Source: Candidatus Heimdallarchaeum aukensis
GTDB lineage: Archaea > Asgardarchaeota > Heimdallarchaeia > Heimdallarchaeales > Heimdallarchaeaceae
Length of the DNA: 64,000 nucleotides
Assembly (NCBI GenBank): GCA_021513695.1
Contig: CP084166.1
Span: 2,816,001-2,880,000, forward strand
Direction: 5' to 3'
Shown here: positions 30,287-39,752 of the stretch, piece after piece
Layout of the letters: the number at the start of each line of letters is the position of its first letter
How positions within the stretch are numbered: position 1 is the first letter of the stretch
Position numbers and translations under genes: made by a program
The notes under the pieces: generated by a model
What the model saw: the letters and a program-made list of their open reading frames with translations, nothing else
What the model was told of the DNA's origin: nothing
Database searches by the model: none

Positions 30287-30540
30287 AAACTTATCTTGTT
30301 TTATGTTTAGTAATAATATTCATAGGACTAATTGCTTTTAAATATCATCTGACAAATATCAAATTTATTTACGGAATAACAGTAATTTATATTGGAGCGA
30401 TTTGCTTATCTTTTCTTTTTAATAGTGCCCAAGATGAAATTATCTTTGTCTATACTGGAATATTTTCAATCTTAACTATAATTTTGTTAGCAATAAAATC
30501 ACCTGTATTTGAAGCAAAAATAAAGGAGAATGAACAATGA
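30274..30540 (+). CDS. Small membrane protein (3 TM)
   Basis: 88 aa. 'atga' start/stop overlap with the following gene. Confidence 0.4.
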   Translation: MVSVETYLVLCLVIIFIGLIAFKYHLTNIKFIYGITVIYIGAICLSFLFNSAQDEIIFVYTGIFSILTIILLAIKSPVFEAKIKENEQ

Positions 30541-30995
30541 GTGAAAAAGAAGTTGAAGACATAAAAGAAGTTGAAGACATAAAAGAAGTTGAAGACATAA
30601 AAGAAGTTGAGGAAAGAGAAAAACTTCCAAAAAAAGAAAAAGAAGTTAAAAAAGAGAGAAAAAGTAAATCTTTTCTTCCTAAGATTAAAGAAGTAATCAT
30701 TAAGTCCTCAAATTACTTTTTTGTAGCAATATTATATCTAAAAGTTATCAAACCTGCATTTTATGGCTTAAAAATAGGTGTAAATTTTCTTTTAGAATTA
30801 GGAAAAAATTTCTTTGTAATAGTTTCAAAGTTTTTTTACAAGTTGTATATGGTTATTAAAAAGAACATGGAAGAATTATCATTTTTTGTTCATAGATTTG
30901 AGCGTGCACCGCTTAATCTTCAAATATGGGTTACAAGTGTATTTGTTTTTCTATTAGTTTCAATTTGGATAGCTTTCGGGGGTAGAGTGGGATGA
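30537..30995 (+). CDS. Membrane protein with an N-terminal acidic (EVEDIK)n repeat and a K/E-rich linker, then 2 TM
   Basis: 152 aa. The 18-bp tandem repeat encodes EVEDIK x3.6. 'atga' overlap with the next gene. Confidence 0.45.
   Translation: MSEKEVEDIKEVEDIKEVEDIKEVEEREKLPKKEKEVKKERKSKSFLPKIKEVIIKSSNYFFVAILYLKVIKPAFYGLKIGVNFLLELGKNFFVIVSKFFYKLYMVIKKNMEELSFFVHRFERAPLNLQIWVTSVFVFLLVSIWIAFGGRVG
30549..30613 (+). repeat. Tandem 18-bp repeat gaagttgaagacataaaa x3.6 (in-frame, coding)
   Basis: Exact copies at 30549-30566, 30567-30584 and 30585-30602, then a diverged partial copy 'gaagttgagga'. Confidence 0.85.
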
Positions 30996-32473
30996 TTTTC
31001 TGGGTAATAACAGGAATATATCTTTTTGGAATTGCAGCTATTTTTATATTGGAAAGATCATCACAATTTATAACAAAACTGTTTCCACTACTAAAAGGAA
31101 AAACGAGGATAGTTTTTAACTATATCAGTGTTTTAATTACAATTTGTGCTTATATTGTATATTTGTATACTGTCCATCCATTTAGTCAGAGTACAAAGAT
31201 ATTAGAAAAATTTGCTTTTTCACCATTTTCAAGCATATTTTTGGCATTATCTACTCTATTAATATCAGTCACAGGATTTTTCCTCTTGTCAGATGTAGAT
31301 GAATTTAGCAATAGGAGTAAAGTGGGTTATAGTTCTCTACTCTTTACACAATATTCTGCATTTATTATGTTTTCATCCGTCTCTTGGGTTTTTATTTATC
31401 TAGGATTGCTAGGTATAATTGTGGGCATAACATTTATTTTGCGAAACATATATCTAAAAAAAGAAATTGAAGTAACAAAAGAACTTCATTCTATGTTTGT
31501 TTTTGATATATTTAGCTTGGTTTTTCTTTTTTTGGGGATTTTATTCTACAATTTAGTTTTTAACTCTTTTATAATTCAAATTAAACCAAGAAATGATTTT
31601 TGGGCACTAGAATTATTAAGTTTCATATTCATATTTTGTTCAAGTCTAATTCTCCTTGAGATTCCACCCTTTCATTTCAGAAGCTTTTCTGAAGTTAATA
31701 AGAAATTTAAGACCCCAAAAATAGTAAATTTGTTAAAAAAACTTGTAGGTGTTTTTATGATTCTAAATTTATCACGCCCAATAAGCGTAAATTCTAACTA
31801 TAAGCAATTTTACTTCATAATTTTCTTGACAATTGGTGGAATAGTTTCTTTATGGGGCGTAGTAGGAGCAATAAATAAATTAAATATTAATGAATTACTT
31901 GTGTATATTGACTTTTATTATATTGGTACACTGCTGTTATTTTTGTCAAATAACTTTTCATCAGATGCAACAATTTCTACAAGCATTGAAGGGTATGCCT
32001 TTATTTTATTTTTAACCATCTTTTATTTCATGATGCAAATAGTACAAACAAGTTTAACGAGTTTGATGTCAAGCAAATATTCTTTCAACTCTTTGGATGA
32101 CTTATTAAAAGGAGAAAAACTTGAGAAAATAGAAGTATTCCCTTTTGCTATTTTACAGTTTGTAGAGATAGCTTTTCCACTAGCTTTATCCTATACATAC
32201 ATCTTCTATCTGAATTTCAAGGATATAAGTACATTATACTTCATAATTCTTACATCAATCATTTCTGTAAATTTCTTCTTTGGAATACAAAGTAGTTTTA
32301 GAGTGATATATTACTCATTGAAGAGAACAAGTTTACCACTTGGTTATAAGCGAATTGAACCAAATTTACACATATCAAGCTTCATTTCTATGCTAATTCT
32401 TGTATTTAATGCAGTTTTTATAAAGGAAATAGTGATTGTGTGCCAAAGAGCAGTTTTTCTATTTCCATTTTAG
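30992..32473 (+). CDS. Polytopic orphan membrane protein (about 12 TM)
   Basis: 493 aa, almost entirely hydrophobic helices. No transporter signature that I recognise. Confidence 0.5.
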   Translation: MIFWVITGIYLFGIAAIFILERSSQFITKLFPLLKGKTRIVFNYISVLITICAYIVYLYTVHPFSQSTKILEKFAFSPFSSIFLALSTLLISVTGFFLLSDVDEFSNRSKVGYSSLLFTQYSAFIMFSSVSWVFIYLGLLGIIVGITFILRNIYLKKEIEVTKELHSMFVFDIFSLVFLFLGILFYNLVFNSFIIQIKPRNDFWALELLSFIFIFCSSLILLEIPPFHFRSFSEVNKKFKTPKIVNLLKKLVGVFMILNLSRPISVNSNYKQFYFIIFLTIGGIVSLWGVVGAINKLNINELLVYIDFYYIGTLLLFLSNNFSSDATISTSIEGYAFILFLTIFYFMMQIVQTSLTSLMSSKYSFNSLDDLLKGEKLEKIEVFPFAILQFVEIAFPLALSYTYIFYLNFKDISTLYFIILTSIISVNFFFGIQSSFRVIYYSLKRTSLPLGYKRIEPNLHISSFISMLILVFNAVFIKEIVIVCQRAVFLFPF

Positions 32474-32525
32474 TTATTTTTGACAATAGGCAAGTTTTTT
32501 TAACTACTAAAAAAAGATTTCTACA

Positions 32526-33509
32526 ATGTTTTCTTCCAAGACAAAATTAGATGTAGAGAAAGATATCGAAGAAATAAATAATGAACTTATCAAATTAAAA
32601 GATAACGCTCCTTATGACGAAGAAATCGTAAACTTAATTAATGAGATAATTGAAACAGGAGGAAAACGAATAAGACCATTAATTACTTTATTATGTTACG
32701 AAATGATCTCAAACAAGAAAAGAGATAATACTAGTTTTGCTGCTGCTTGTGCAATAGAAATAATTCATAATGCAAGTTTACTAATTGATGACATCTTTGA
32801 TAAAGATATTTTTAGAAGAAAGAAAAAGTCTTTTTACCTAAAATTCTCGACATTTTCAGCAATATCTATGTCTTACTCTTTGAGTAGTTTAGCATTCGGT
32901 TTGGCATTAAAAACAAAATTGTTAGAAATCGTAGAAGAATTAACAAAAGCAACCCAAAATTTAGCTATCTCTCTGTTTCTTGAACAAAAATTCAGAAATG
33001 CAAATACAAAGATGACACAAGAAGAAGCTTTGTTGCTTATAGATAGAAAAACAACTACACTATTTGAAGCAGCATCAGTAATAGGCGTGTTGTTAAACCA
33101 AGCTACACAAGAAGATAGAGAAAAGATGAAAGATTTTGGTAAATATTTTGGTAGAGCTTTTCAACTGCGAGATGACTTACTTTCAATTACTGCTACGGAA
33201 GAAGAAATAGGAAAGACAAGTGTTATAACAGATATTAAAAATAGAATACAAACATATATTGTTCTTGTAGCAATGGAACAAGCAGCTGAAGAAGACAAAA
33301 AGAAACTAGAAGAATATTATATAGAGAAAAAAGAACTTGATGTAGAAAAAATAAGGACTTTAATAAAAAGGTCGGGAGCAATAAAAACAGTCGCAAAACT
33401 AGTAAATGAGTATATAGAAAAAGCAATGTCAATATTAAAAAGCTACCCTGAATCTACTGCAAGAAATAAATTGATAGAAATAACCAGATTTTTAAGTCTA
33501 AATTTATAA
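32526..33509 (+). CDS. Polyprenyl diphosphate synthase (geranylgeranyl diphosphate synthase-like, trans-IPPS)
   Basis: FARM 'LLIDDIFDKD' and SARM 'FQLRDDLLS' aspartate-rich motifs. 327 aa. Confidence 0.8.
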   Translation: MFSSKTKLDVEKDIEEINNELIKLKDNAPYDEEIVNLINEIIETGGKRIRPLITLLCYEMISNKKRDNTSFAAACAIEIIHNASLLIDDIFDKDIFRRKKKSFYLKFSTFSAISMSYSLSSLAFGLALKTKLLEIVEELTKATQNLAISLFLEQKFRNANTKMTQEEALLLIDRKTTTLFEAASVIGVLLNQATQEDREKMKDFGKYFGRAFQLRDDLLSITATEEEIGKTSVITDIKNRIQTYIVLVAMEQAAEEDKKKLEEYYIEKKELDVEKIRTLIKRSGAIKTVAKLVNEYIEKAMSILKSYPESTARNKLIEITRFLSLNL

Positions 33510-33608
33510 AAAGAGAAATTTAAAACTAATGATTATTTGAAAAATCTCTTCAAGATTATTAAAAAAAGAGAAAAAAGTAATTTTTAATTAATATTTGTTG
33601 ATTTTTCG

Positions 33609-34685
33609 TTAAATAATTCTAGAACCGTTTACAAACTCGTTAAACCAAATATGGGCGTTGTGCCTGTCTGTATAAACAGGAGGAGCTTTAAAACCATAAG
33701 CACAGACGGAAGAAAGAGGACCTCCAACAGCTCGGTTAATAGCTATTTTCACACCTCGAATGACATCAAATAGGGTCGCAGCTCCATTAGGTCCATCTAA
33801 TGTTTCTAAACGAATGTCAATCTTAATAGGTGTTCCAATAAATGTCTCTCCATAGATCCAAAAATGACCAATACGACGATTACCAAGAAACTCAAGATAG
33901 TCAGAAGTCCCAGAAGCAATATTGATCTGACCTTGAAAAGCGTTTTTTATTGTATTTTCTTTTACTGTACGCTTGTAAGCTTTACGGTCGTCATCTAAAG
34001 TGTTTAGAGTTTCTAATCCTCCACTAACATCTAGTTGATAAGTATCTTTAATCCTGATTCCTTGTTCTGTCAAAATTTCTAAAATACCCTTATGGAGAAC
34101 AGTGCCACCATATAGGCTTTGAAGATCGTCTCCAACTAATGGAATATTAGCTTGACGGAATTTACGAGCCCAAAGAGGGTCACTAGCAATGAAAGTGGGA
34201 GTACAGTTAACAAAAGCAATCTCTGCATCTAAAGCAGCTTGAGCATAAAATTCTACAGCTTTTTCTGCACCAGTAGGTAAAGCGCAAATTAACATCTCTG
34301 CTCCAGATTCTCTCAAACGTTGCACAACATCTACCTCAGGGGAGTCAGAAACCTCAATAACATCAGCTAAAGTACCAGTAATGCCATCTAAAACAGGACC
34401 TTTTTCAACAATTACACCAGAAGGTGAAAGTTCAAGAAACTTAGGGGTGCTGTTAATCGATGCAAAAATTGCCTCAGAAAGATCTTTACCTACTTTAGTT
34501 TTATCTACATCGAAAGCACCTACAATATGAATAGTATTCACTCCATAGTTAGCCATTGAGGGATGTAGCAAGTTATTACAAGCATCTTTGTTCTTACGTA
34601 AATATTCAATCCCTTGAACTAAACCAGATGCAATGTTACCAACACCAGCAATAGCGACATTAATACGTTTTTCCATAATAATCAC
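33609..34685 (-). CDS. myo-Inositol-1-phosphate synthase family protein, divergent paralog
   Basis: 358 aa. 'VAIAGVGNIASGLVQGIEY', 'GAFDVDKTKVGKD', 'LVGDDLQS', 'GPLSSVCAYGFKAPP' parallel the adjacent ino1-like gene at roughly 40% identity by eye. Confidence 0.7.
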   Translation of the reverse strand: MIIMEKRINVAIAGVGNIASGLVQGIEYLRKNKDACNNLLHPSMANYGVNTIHIVGAFDVDKTKVGKDLSEAIFASINSTPKFLELSPSGVIVEKGPVLDGITGTLADVIEVSDSPEVDVVQRLRESGAEMLICALPTGAEKAVEFYAQAALDAEIAFVNCTPTFIASDPLWARKFRQANIPLVGDDLQSLYGGTVLHKGILEILTEQGIRIKDTYQLDVSGGLETLNTLDDDRKAYKRTVKENTIKNAFQGQINIASGTSDYLEFLGNRRIGHFWIYGETFIGTPIKIDIRLETLDGPNGAATLFDVIRGVKIAINRAVGGPLSSVCAYGFKAPPVYTDRHNAHIWFNEFVNGSRII

Positions 34686-34690
34686 CTTAA

Positions 34691-35773
34691 CTAATTAGAA
34701 ACCTCCCCTTTGATAAATTTCTCAACAAGATCATGTGCAATAGGGTCAGGAATTTGCTTGGGAGGATGTTTGAAGAAGTAACTAGAAACACTCTCTAATT
34801 TTCCACCTATCCCACGATCTTTAGCAATCTTAAGAGCTCGAACAACATCAATCATAACTCCTGCAGAATTAGGAGAATCTTGAACACTAAGTTTAAGTTG
34901 AACAGTTATTGGTTGTTCACCGAAATTCTTTCCTTTAAGCCACAAATAACAAACTTTCTCATCTTCTAGGAAAGGAACATAATCACTTGGACCAATACGA
35001 GTAGGAACTTCATAAGGAATCATACTAGTAACAGCTTCAGTTTTAGAGACACGTTTTGTTTGTAGTCGATACTCTTTTTTCATATTTTCAAAATCAGTGT
35101 TTCCTCCAACGTTCAATTGAAAAGTTTCATCGATCTTTATTCCTCGCTCATGAGCAAGACGGACAAGCATACGATGAAGAATAGTTGCACCTAATTGAGA
35201 TTTTATGTCATCTCCCGCTACTGGTACGCCTTTTTCTGCAAATTTTGCAGCCCATTCTTCATTACTTGCTATAAAAGCAGGAATACCATTAGCAAAGGCA
35301 ACGTTTGCATCAAGTGCTGCTTGAGCATATATTTTTGTAGCTTCTTCAGAACCAACAGGTAAGAAATTTATTAATACATCTGTTTTAGTTTCTTTCAAAA
35401 CTTTAGCTACATCTACAGGTTTAATTTCGTTCTCATCATAACAATAGAATGATTCTCTCATGTGTGGGGCTACACCATCAGAAATGGGGCCAGGCAATAC
35501 AGTTACTCCCTTGTGTGGTACGTCAGCAAACTTATTGCACACGTTGGGTGGTTGCCAAATTGCTTCAGAAATATCTTTCCCTATTTTCATTTTATTAACT
35601 TCGAACGCTGCTACCACTTCTACATCTCTAATGTGATAAGGTCCGAACTTTACGTGCATGATTCCAGGAACAAAATCATCTTCTTTGGCATTTTTGTAAT
35701 ATTCTAATCCTTGAATTAGCGCTGAAGCGCAATTTCCTAGTCCAGCAATCGCAATTCTTACTTTTTCTGTCAT
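34691..35773 (-). CDS. ino1: myo-Inositol-1-phosphate synthase (bacterial/archaeal Ino1 type)
   Basis: Collinear with M. tuberculosis Ino1 as I recall it: 'IAIAGLGNCASALIQGLEYY', 'PGIMHVKFGPYHIRDV', 'GDDIKSQLGATILHR', 'LNVGGNTDF', 'SPNSAGVMIDVVRALKIAKDRGIGG'. Confidence 0.85.
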   Translation of the reverse strand: MTEKVRIAIAGLGNCASALIQGLEYYKNAKEDDFVPGIMHVKFGPYHIRDVEVVAAFEVNKMKIGKDISEAIWQPPNVCNKFADVPHKGVTVLPGPISDGVAPHMRESFYCYDENEIKPVDVAKVLKETKTDVLINFLPVGSEEATKIYAQAALDANVAFANGIPAFIASNEEWAAKFAEKGVPVAGDDIKSQLGATILHRMLVRLAHERGIKIDETFQLNVGGNTDFENMKKEYRLQTKRVSKTEAVTSMIPYEVPTRIGPSDYVPFLEDEKVCYLWLKGKNFGEQPITVQLKLSVQDSPNSAGVMIDVVRALKIAKDRGIGGKLESVSSYFFKHPPKQIPDPIAHDLVEKFIKGEVSN

Positions 35774-36052
35774 TTAATGTCTTCTCCTTTTTCGAGAATA
35801 ATTTTTAATTTTACTACTTCTTTGTTTTAAAAACTGTATATAAAGTTTTATCAAGTTGATAATTATAGTTTACAAGTAGTTGTTAGTTATGTTTTTTTAT
35901 AAATTAAAATGAAAATGAAGAAAAAATGAAAAGTCAATTCTTATTTGATTTTATTCATCCAAATTTAATTTTTAATAACTATATTCTTTAAAATTTTTTA
36001 AAAAAATGGAAAAAGAAAAACCTTTTTTACGTTAAGCATTTTTTTTAAACAG
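35774..36052. promoter_or_regulatory. 279-bp very AT-rich divergent intergenic region (promoters for ino1, minus strand, and the ABC exporter operon, plus strand)
   Basis: Non-coding in all frames, with multiple TATA-like 'tttaaaa/ttataa' elements. The exact BRE/TATA positions are not resolved. Confidence 0.3.
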
Positions 36053-37852
36053 ATGGCTTGGTTAGAACAAAAAAGAAAGAGAAAACATTCATTTAAGGAA
36101 ATAATGAGTCTTTTGCTTCCTTATTTATCAAGAAAGAAGCTAGGGCTAATATTTGTTAGTGTGATCTCTTTTCTATCTGCAATAGTAGGTCTTGTTACCC
36201 CCCAGTTAATAAAGTACATCATCGATATAGCCATTCCAAGTAATAACGTTAAGCTTGTTTATTTATTAGGTGGAGCGGTTCTCTTAACAGCAATTGTTAC
36301 AGGTTTGTTAGTCTATGCTACACGTTTTTATTCTGCATTATACGCTCAACAAATAGTTATGGAATTGAGAAACGATATTTATGAAACTTTACAGATGTTA
36401 CATCTGGATTACTATAACGAAGAAAACACTGGTCAAATAATGACTAGAGTTACAACGGATTTAAATGCAATTCAAAGTTTAGTTTCTTTTACTCTTCGCC
36501 TACTTATGAATGGCGTAATTTTCTTCATTGGTGCTTATGCAGCTATGATTTCCATGAATGCAAAACTTGGAGGAATATTGTTAGGACTCTTTCCAGGTTT
36601 CTTATGGTTAGTTTATTGGTTTAGTAAAAAAGTTCGTCCTATTTTTTATCAATCTCGAACAAAATTTGGTGAAGTAACATCCATTTTACAAGAAAATGTC
36701 ACAGGAGCTCATGTAGTTAGAGGTTTTGCTCAAGAAGAGAGTGAAATTGAGAAATTTGATAAAGCTAATGCAGAATATAGAGATTTAATAGTTAAAGCTC
36801 GAATCTACCGTTCATTTTATTTCTCCTTTATGCTCTTTCTAATAGGTTTAGGAGCTTCAATTGTTTTACTAGTTGGTGGATTAGCAGTTATGAGAGGAGA
36901 GATGGGAAGAGGAGAATTTATAGCATTTATATCCTATTTAGCAATGCTATCAGGTCCAACAAGACAACTAACTTGGTTGGTAGGAATAATTCAGCGAGCT
37001 TTGGCAAGTGGAGATAGAATAATTGAATTGTTATCTGGTAAGAAAGAAGTACAAGAAGATCCTAATGCCATTGATCCACCTGTTTTTAAAGGTAAAATAG
37101 AATATGAAAACGTTTCTTTTGGTTATGATGAGGTTGTGGTGCTAAAGAATATTAATGTAGTTATTCCACCAGGTCAAAAAGTCTTGATACTAGGTGGAAC
37201 AGGCTCAGGAAAAACTAGTTTTGTAAACCTTATTCCTCGTTTCTATGACCCAGTTACTGGAGTAGTAAAAATAGATGATATTGATATTAAACGCTATAAA
37301 TTGAAGAAAATGAGAAAGCAAATAGGTTTTGTTCTCCAAGAAACCTTTCTATTTAATGCGACAATAAAAGAAAATATAGCTTTTGGGAACCCTGAAGCAA
37401 CAGAAGAAGAAATAATAGCAGCAGCTAAAACAGCAAAAATACACGATTTCATTTCAGAATTGCCTGATGGTTATCAAACAAGAATAGGTGATAGAGGAAT
37501 TACTTTAAGTGGAGGGCAAAAACAAAGATTGTCTATTGCTAGAACTCTTTTAACTAATCCATCTATTCTAATATTTGATGATTCTACAGCTTCTGTCGAT
37601 GCAGAAACAGAGTATCACATTCAAGAAGCTTTAGATATATTAAGCAGAGGTAGAACAACAATTATCATCTCACAGAGGATTTCTTCAGTGAAATACGCTG
37701 ATAGAATACTAGTTTTTGATCAAGGAGAAATAATACAAGATGGAACACATGAAGAACTTATTAAACAAGAAGGAATTTACAAAGAAATATATGAAACACT
37801 TGCAGAAAGCTACGTTATTCCTTCAAAACTTTTAGCAGAAGGGGGAGATTAA
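36053..37852 (+). CDS. ABC exporter, fused permease-ATPase (type I exporter, heterodimer half 1)
   Basis: 6 TM N-terminal domain. Walker A 'GGTGSGKTS', signature 'LSGGQKQRLSIAR', Walker B 'LIFDDSTASVD'. Confidence 0.85.
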   Translation: MAWLEQKRKRKHSFKEIMSLLLPYLSRKKLGLIFVSVISFLSAIVGLVTPQLIKYIIDIAIPSNNVKLVYLLGGAVLLTAIVTGLLVYATRFYSALYAQQIVMELRNDIYETLQMLHLDYYNEENTGQIMTRVTTDLNAIQSLVSFTLRLLMNGVIFFIGAYAAMISMNAKLGGILLGLFPGFLWLVYWFSKKVRPIFYQSRTKFGEVTSILQENVTGAHVVRGFAQEESEIEKFDKANAEYRDLIVKARIYRSFYFSFMLFLIGLGASIVLLVGGLAVMRGEMGRGEFIAFISYLAMLSGPTRQLTWLVGIIQRALASGDRIIELLSGKKEVQEDPNAIDPPVFKGKIEYENVSFGYDEVVVLKNINVVIPPGQKVLILGGTGSGKTSFVNLIPRFYDPVTGVVKIDDIDIKRYKLKKMRKQIGFVLQETFLFNATIKENIAFGNPEATEEEIIAAAKTAKIHDFISELPDGYQTRIGDRGITLSGGQKQRLSIARTLLTNPSILIFDDSTASVDAETEYHIQEALDILSRGRTTIIISQRISSVKYADRILVFDQGEIIQDGTHEELIKQEGIYKEIYETLAESYVIPSKLLAEGGD

Positions 37853-39682
37853 ATGGGTTGGGCAGTAAGAAGACTAGCACGAGAAGAAGAAGAAAGAAAG
37901 AAAATATATTCTGACAGAGAACTTTTTGTTAAGGTAATCAAAATTTTTGGCTACTATAAAGCAGAAACATTTTCAGTTATTGCTATCATAATCACAGTTT
38001 CTGTCTTTTCTTCTCTAATCCCTATAATCATGCAAAGAGCGATAGATTCATTCATCTATGTAGGAATATCTACAGAAAGAACTAAAGGCATTATAATTAT
38101 GGCTTCTATCTACCTTACTTTCATATTGATGAATGCAGCTTTAATATTTATTCGAACTGTATTTTTCTCAAAGCTAGGTCAAAAAATAATCTATAGACTA
38201 CGAACTGAATTATTTAGAAAACTTCAGTATCTATCCTTCAGTTATTTTACAGAAACAGAATCAGGAAGAACAATCTCTAAAGTTACAAATGATGTAGATG
38301 CACTAGGAGAACTGTTGACTACAGGATTAATAGATATCTTTGCTGATTTTTTCAGTTTAATTTGGATAGTAGCGATAATGTTTAGCTACGACATAAAAAT
38401 GACTTTACTCACTTTTACTGTTATACCTATTCTTATTTTTGTAATATTAATGTTCCAACGTAAAGTGAGAGTAGCATATAGAAAAACTAGAGTGGCTATA
38501 GCCAAAGTTACAGCTAATCTACAAGAAAGTATAAGTGGAGTAAAAGTGACAAAGGCATTATCAAGAGAAGAGGAAAATATATCCACATTTAAGAGCATTA
38601 ACCAAGAAAATTATAAGGCAAATGTAGAAGCAGCAGGAGTTTCAGCATTATTTATGCCACTTATACAATTTATCTCAGCTATAGGAACAACCATAATACT
38701 CATCTTTGGTGGAATTTCAATCATTAAATTTGGGACAATAACCATCGGAGAACTTTATGCATTCTTAGAATATTCAAATAGGTTCTTTATGCCAATAATC
38801 AGTTTATTCACCTTCTATACAGTAATTCAATCAGGATTTGCAGCAGCAGAAAGAATATTCGAAGTTTTGGATGAAGAATATACTGTAAAAAACAGTGAAA
38901 ATCCAATTATCCCAGAAAAAATTGAAGGAAGAATAGAGTTTAGAAATGTTCACTTTTCTTATACTCCTGATGTTCCAATACTTAAAAACATAAACTTGGT
39001 AATTGAAAAAGGAGAAAGTGTAGCTCTTGTAGGTGAAACAGGAGCAGGAAAAACAACAATGACTAAACTCCTTTCACGTTATTATGATGTAATTGAAGGA
39101 GAGTTATTAATCGATGGAATAAATATTAAAGATATAGAACTCTCTTTCTTAAGAAAAAATATAGCTGTTGTTCCTCAAGATGTCTTTCTTTTCTCAGGAA
39201 CAATAATGGATAATTTGAAGTATGGAAAGAAAGAAGCAACAGATGAAGAAGTGTATAGAATTTGTAAAACTTTAAGTTTACATAAATACATTCTCAATCT
39301 TCCAGAAGGTTATGAAACAGATGTAAAAGAAGGAGGATCAAGGTTATCTCTAGGACAAAGACAGTTAATCTCACTAGCTCGAGCTTTAATCGCTGATCCT
39401 AAAATACTTATTTTAGATGAATGTAGTAGTTCAGTTGATCCCATTACTGAAGCGCTAATCCAAAAAGGAATAGACATCTTACTTAGAAATAGAACCTCGA
39501 TAATCATAGCTCACAGATTAAGTACAATAAAAAATGCTTCAAAGATAGTGGTTCTTGATCATGGAGAGATAATAGAACAAGGAACACATCAAGAATTACT
39601 TAAGAAAATGGGTAAATATTACTCTCTCTATGAAACACAACTAACAGCGAATACAATAGTAACTGAGGAAAGCAAGAAGTAG
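37853..39682 (+). CDS. ABC exporter, fused permease-ATPase (heterodimer half 2)
   Basis: Walker A 'GETGAGKTT', degenerate signature 'LSLGQRQLISLARAL', Walker B 'LILDECSSSVD'. Its start abuts the preceding stop. Confidence 0.85.
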   Translation: MGWAVRRLAREEEERKKIYSDRELFVKVIKIFGYYKAETFSVIAIIITVSVFSSLIPIIMQRAIDSFIYVGISTERTKGIIIMASIYLTFILMNAALIFIRTVFFSKLGQKIIYRLRTELFRKLQYLSFSYFTETESGRTISKVTNDVDALGELLTTGLIDIFADFFSLIWIVAIMFSYDIKMTLLTFTVIPILIFVILMFQRKVRVAYRKTRVAIAKVTANLQESISGVKVTKALSREEENISTFKSINQENYKANVEAAGVSALFMPLIQFISAIGTTIILIFGGISIIKFGTITIGELYAFLEYSNRFFMPIISLFTFYTVIQSGFAAAERIFEVLDEEYTVKNSENPIIPEKIEGRIEFRNVHFSYTPDVPILKNINLVIEKGESVALVGETGAGKTTMTKLLSRYYDVIEGELLIDGINIKDIELSFLRKNIAVVPQDVFLFSGTIMDNLKYGKKEATDEEVYRICKTLSLHKYILNLPEGYETDVKEGGSRLSLGQRQLISLARALIADPKILILDECSSSVDPITEALIQKGIDILLRNRTSIIIAHRLSTIKNASKIVVLDHGEIIEQGTHQELLKKMGKYYSLYETQLTANTIVTEESKK

Positions 39683-39752
39683 AATAATCTTTGAATGAAA
39701 CAACAACTCCATTTCAAAATCTTTTTTATAAGTTAATTTTTTACCTTCTTGT

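Noticed and set aside
30549-30613. 18-bp perfect tandem repeats, briefly considered as a CRISPR-like array
   Set aside because: The repeats are directly adjacent with no spacers, only 3.6 copies, and in-frame inside an ORF encoding EVEDIK. This is a coding microsatellite, not CRISPR.
30476-30700. Minus-strand ORF encoding (SSTSFM)n
   Set aside because: It is the antisense reading of the same tandem repeat. The plus-strand gene is supported by operon coupling and downstream TM helices.
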